Source: an uncultured bacterium (GTDB taxonomy: Bacteria; Zixibacteria; MSB-5A5; UBA10806). From it: 64,000 bases of DNA. Of this stretch, positions 61,474 to 64,000 are shown piece by piece. A program made the translations under genes and the position numbers. Below the pieces are notes generated by a model. It was not told where the DNA came from and made no database searches. It was given only the letters and a program-made list of their open reading frames with translations. How positions within the stretch are numbered: position 1 is the stretch's first letter; each line of letters opens with the position of its first letter. The stretch lies in assembly GCA_965541585.1 (NCBI GenBank), contig CBEUCH010000009.1, positions 1-64,000 on the forward strand, written 5' to 3'.

Positions 61474-62259
61474 TCAATCCGGATCTTCGCTTCCGGTTTC
61501 GGGCGGTTTAGCGGGAGTAATAGTGATCGGATTCTTGCCTGATTCCGACGGCGTAGAAGTGGCGGGCGCGTTATGCCAGTGGCCGTGTTCAGAAGACCAG
61601 ACTTTTCCCTCTGGAGCCGGACCTGGAGGTTGTGGAGTTGGCTCAGCGCTCGCTCTGGTTGTTGCGCTGGGTTTGATATTGGTCGGGACCGTGCTTGATC
61701 CGGATGGCCTTGCTGCAATAGGTGCATCATGCCAGTGGCCGTGTTCCTCAGACCAGGCTTTACCCTCTGGTGCAGGCCCGGGGGGTTGAGGAGTTGGCTC
61801 TCCGGGAGTCTCAGATATTGCGCCGGGCTCGTCATGCCAGTGACCGTGTTCCTCAGACCAGACTTTGCCTTCAGGGGCTAACCCCGGAGGTTGAGGCGTA
61901 AATTTCGTAGCGAAGTCAGACGCGGCCCCCTGCTCGTCGTGCCAGTGGCCGTGCTCCTCAGACCAGACCTTACCCTCGGGAGCGGTTCCCGCAGGCTGAG
62001 ACTGAATAGGCTGAACGCGCTTCGAGAGTACCTCGGTCGAGAATTCCTCTGATATGGGGGCCGTTGTAGGAATTGTGGGTTCTGAAAAAATCATATATGC
62101 TGCTATCCCCCCCCCCACGATAACGATAATCGGCGCGATAAACTTAAGCCTGGACCCTTTTTCTGAGCTGGATCCGGCTCCCTGCCTTCCACAGCAGTTC
62201 TTATACTTTTTGCCGCTTCCGCAGGGGCAGGGGTCTCTTCGCTGGATCTTTGACGACAT
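61474..62259 (-). CDS. SEC-C motif membrane protein with four His/Trp-rich repeats
   Basis: DPCPCGSGKKYKNCCG, one TM, 4x APEGKxWSxEHGHWHx. Confidence 0.85.
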   Translation of the reverse strand: MSSKIQRRDPCPCGSGKKYKNCCGRQGAGSSSEKGSRLKFIAPIIVIVGGGIAAYMIFSEPTIPTTAPISEEFSTEVLSKRVQPIQSQPAGTAPEGKVWSEEHGHWHDEQGAASDFATKFTPQPPGLAPEGKVWSEEHGHWHDEPGAISETPGEPTPQPPGPAPEGKAWSEEHGHWHDAPIAARPSGSSTVPTNIKPSATTRASAEPTPQPPGPAPEGKVWSSEHGHWHNAPATSTPSESGKNPITITPAKPPETGSEDPD

Positions 62260-62483
62260 ATTTCTCTACTCTTCTCCTGCCGGTCGTATCGGCAAAACCA
62301 ATATTGCCATTTTACTTATACGCACAATATCAAGAATAAGCAATTATCAAAAAAAGTCAAGCAAGGATGCTAACCTCATTTTCTTGTTGAAAAAGGTTTT
62401 CATTTGCCGTCTTCGATTGTATGTTTGGAAAGGGCAATGGATTAGACCTGTATTAAGCGAATTGCAGGCCGGGAGAAGATTAC

Positions 62484-63878
62484 GTGAAATTTCGGATAGA
62501 GGAAGATTCTCTGGGCGAGATTAAGGTCCCGAAAAACGCTTACTGGGGTGCTCAGACTCAAAGGGCGGTAGAAAATTTCCCGATTTCCGGGCAGAAAGCT
62601 CATTCGGCCTTCATCTGGGCCTCGGCACTGGTTAAAAAGGCGGCCTGCATCACCAATAGAGACCTCGGCTTGATCGAGAAGGATAATGCCGATGCCATCA
62701 TGCGAGTTTGCGATGAGATAATCGACGGAAAACTGCATGACCAGTTCGTTGTCGATATCTTCCAAGCTGGTGCTGGAACCTCGCATAATATGAACTGCAA
62801 TGAGGTCATCGCCAATCGTGCCAATGAGATCCTGGGTGCTCCATTGGGACGATATGATCCCGTCCATCCGAATGATACGGTAAACATGTCCCAGTCAACC
62901 AACGATTTTATGCCTACGGCTATCCGCATTGCATCCATTAAGTTATCGCATCAACTTAAAGGTAAACTTGATATATTAGAGAAAGCACTAGATAGCAAAG
63001 CGAACGAGTTTGACTCGATCATCAAGGCAGCCAGAACCCACCTCCAGGACGCCGTCCCCATAAGATTGGGGCAGGAGTTCTCGGGGTATGCGCGATCTGT
63101 TGAGAGGCATATCAAATGGATTGATGATGCGTCCGCTGAGCTGGGGGAGATCGGTTTCGGTGGATCGGCGGCAGGCACCGGCCTTAATTGCCATCCCGAT
63201 TATCGAAGAAAAGTAACTGAAAATCTGGCCAGACAAACCGGCTTCGATATCAGGCCTGCAAAGAATTATTTCGAAGCTATGCAGTCCATGGCGCCGTTTG
63301 TCGGGCTGTCATCAGCCTTGCGCAATTTCGCCCAGGATCTTTCGAGGATAGCCAACGATTTAAGGCTTCTCTCCTCTGGCCCCCGGACAGGGCTGGCGGA
63401 ACTGTTGCTGCCGACGCGTCAGCCGGGATCATCGATAATGCCCGGCAAGGTCAATCCCGTGATGGCGGAAATGGTGAATATGGTCTGTTTCGCCGTTATC
63501 GGCAACGATGAGTCTATTCTCTGGGCCGCACAGGCGGGACAACTCGATCTCAATGTCATGATGCCGCTGATCGCCTGTAAGCTGCCTGAATCGATGACCA
63601 TTCTGACAAATGCCGTCGATCTCTTCGCTCGGTTTTGTATCGAGGGCCTCAAGGCCGATCCCGATAGATGCAAAGCCTATGCGGAATCATCCGCGGCGGT
63701 TGTCACGGCATTAAATCCGGTGATCGGTTATGATAAGGCGGCCGAGGTCGTCAAACGATCGTATGCGGAGAATAAAACCATCCGCGAGATCCTGCTGGAG
63801 GAGAAGCTCGTCGATCCCAAAAAAATCGATGAGATCCTCGATCTCATAAAGCTTACCGAGCCGGGGATTCATAAATAG
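62484..63878 (+). CDS. aspA: Aspartate ammonia-lyase (fumarase/aspartase superfamily)
   Basis: GSSIMPGKVNP signature; QAGAGTSHNMN is closer to aspartase than to FumC. Confidence 0.75.
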   Translation: MKFRIEEDSLGEIKVPKNAYWGAQTQRAVENFPISGQKAHSAFIWASALVKKAACITNRDLGLIEKDNADAIMRVCDEIIDGKLHDQFVVDIFQAGAGTSHNMNCNEVIANRANEILGAPLGRYDPVHPNDTVNMSQSTNDFMPTAIRIASIKLSHQLKGKLDILEKALDSKANEFDSIIKAARTHLQDAVPIRLGQEFSGYARSVERHIKWIDDASAELGEIGFGGSAAGTGLNCHPDYRRKVTENLARQTGFDIRPAKNYFEAMQSMAPFVGLSSALRNFAQDLSRIANDLRLLSSGPRTGLAELLLPTRQPGSSIMPGKVNPVMAEMVNMVCFAVIGNDESILWAAQAGQLDLNVMMPLIACKLPESMTILTNAVDLFARFCIEGLKADPDRCKAYAESSAAVVTALNPVIGYDKAAEVVKRSYAENKTIREILLEEKLVDPKKIDEILDLIKLTEPGIHK

Positions 63879-64000
63879 GGAGCTTAGGACTTTATCATTC
63901 CTTGCGTATCAGGCCGGTAAACGTGGCCAGAAGCAATGTTGAGAATACCCAGCCTGCCATGATATGAAACCAGAAATAAAAACGCAGTGCAGAACCCCAG

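Noticed and set aside
63879..64000. Start of a further ORF at the window end
   Set aside because: Too little sequence to support a call

Overview
64 kb of bacterial chromosome, mostly on the + strand. By inference it comes from an anaerobic Gram-negative FCB-group lineage, possibly Zixibacteria-like (PorX-type regulator beside tsaE, a secretion/FlgD-type C-terminal domain protein, many lipoproteins). Left to right it holds: K+ channel end/EamA/tmk/LiaF-like genes; an AT-rich three-gene island (3.4-5.6 kb) bracketed by identical REP-doublet repeats; ctpA and tauE; a surface polysaccharide locus (SLBB exporter, Wzz, WbpB/D/E/I-like, GT4, deacetylase, GmhB, epimerase, a WecA + degenerate WcaJ fusion); serS-kinase-porX-tsaE-tsaB-rimI-accD-folC and uvrB; then a ~26 kb branched-chain acyl-CoA region (VOR, two biotin carboxylase/BCCP pairs, methylmalonyl-CoA mutase and epimerase, thiolases, Hbd, two acyl-CoA dehydrogenases) and aspA. 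Best observations: (1) a heavy-metal-binding (HMA) selenoprotein with a CxxU motif and a SECIS-like hairpin, truncated in the ORF track; (2) one apparent operon joining an archaeal-type HMG-CoA synthase/thiolase/DUF35 module to methylcrotonyl-CoA carboxylase and methylglutaconyl-CoA hydratase, with no HMG-CoA lyase; (3) a second possible UGA-recoded membrane microprotein; (4) several GTRG-type REP families flanking AT-rich orphan genes; (5) a possible Zn-binding bL38-like small protein. No rRNA, tRNA, CRISPR array or transposase was seen. All family calls come from motif recognition by eye, not from database searches.
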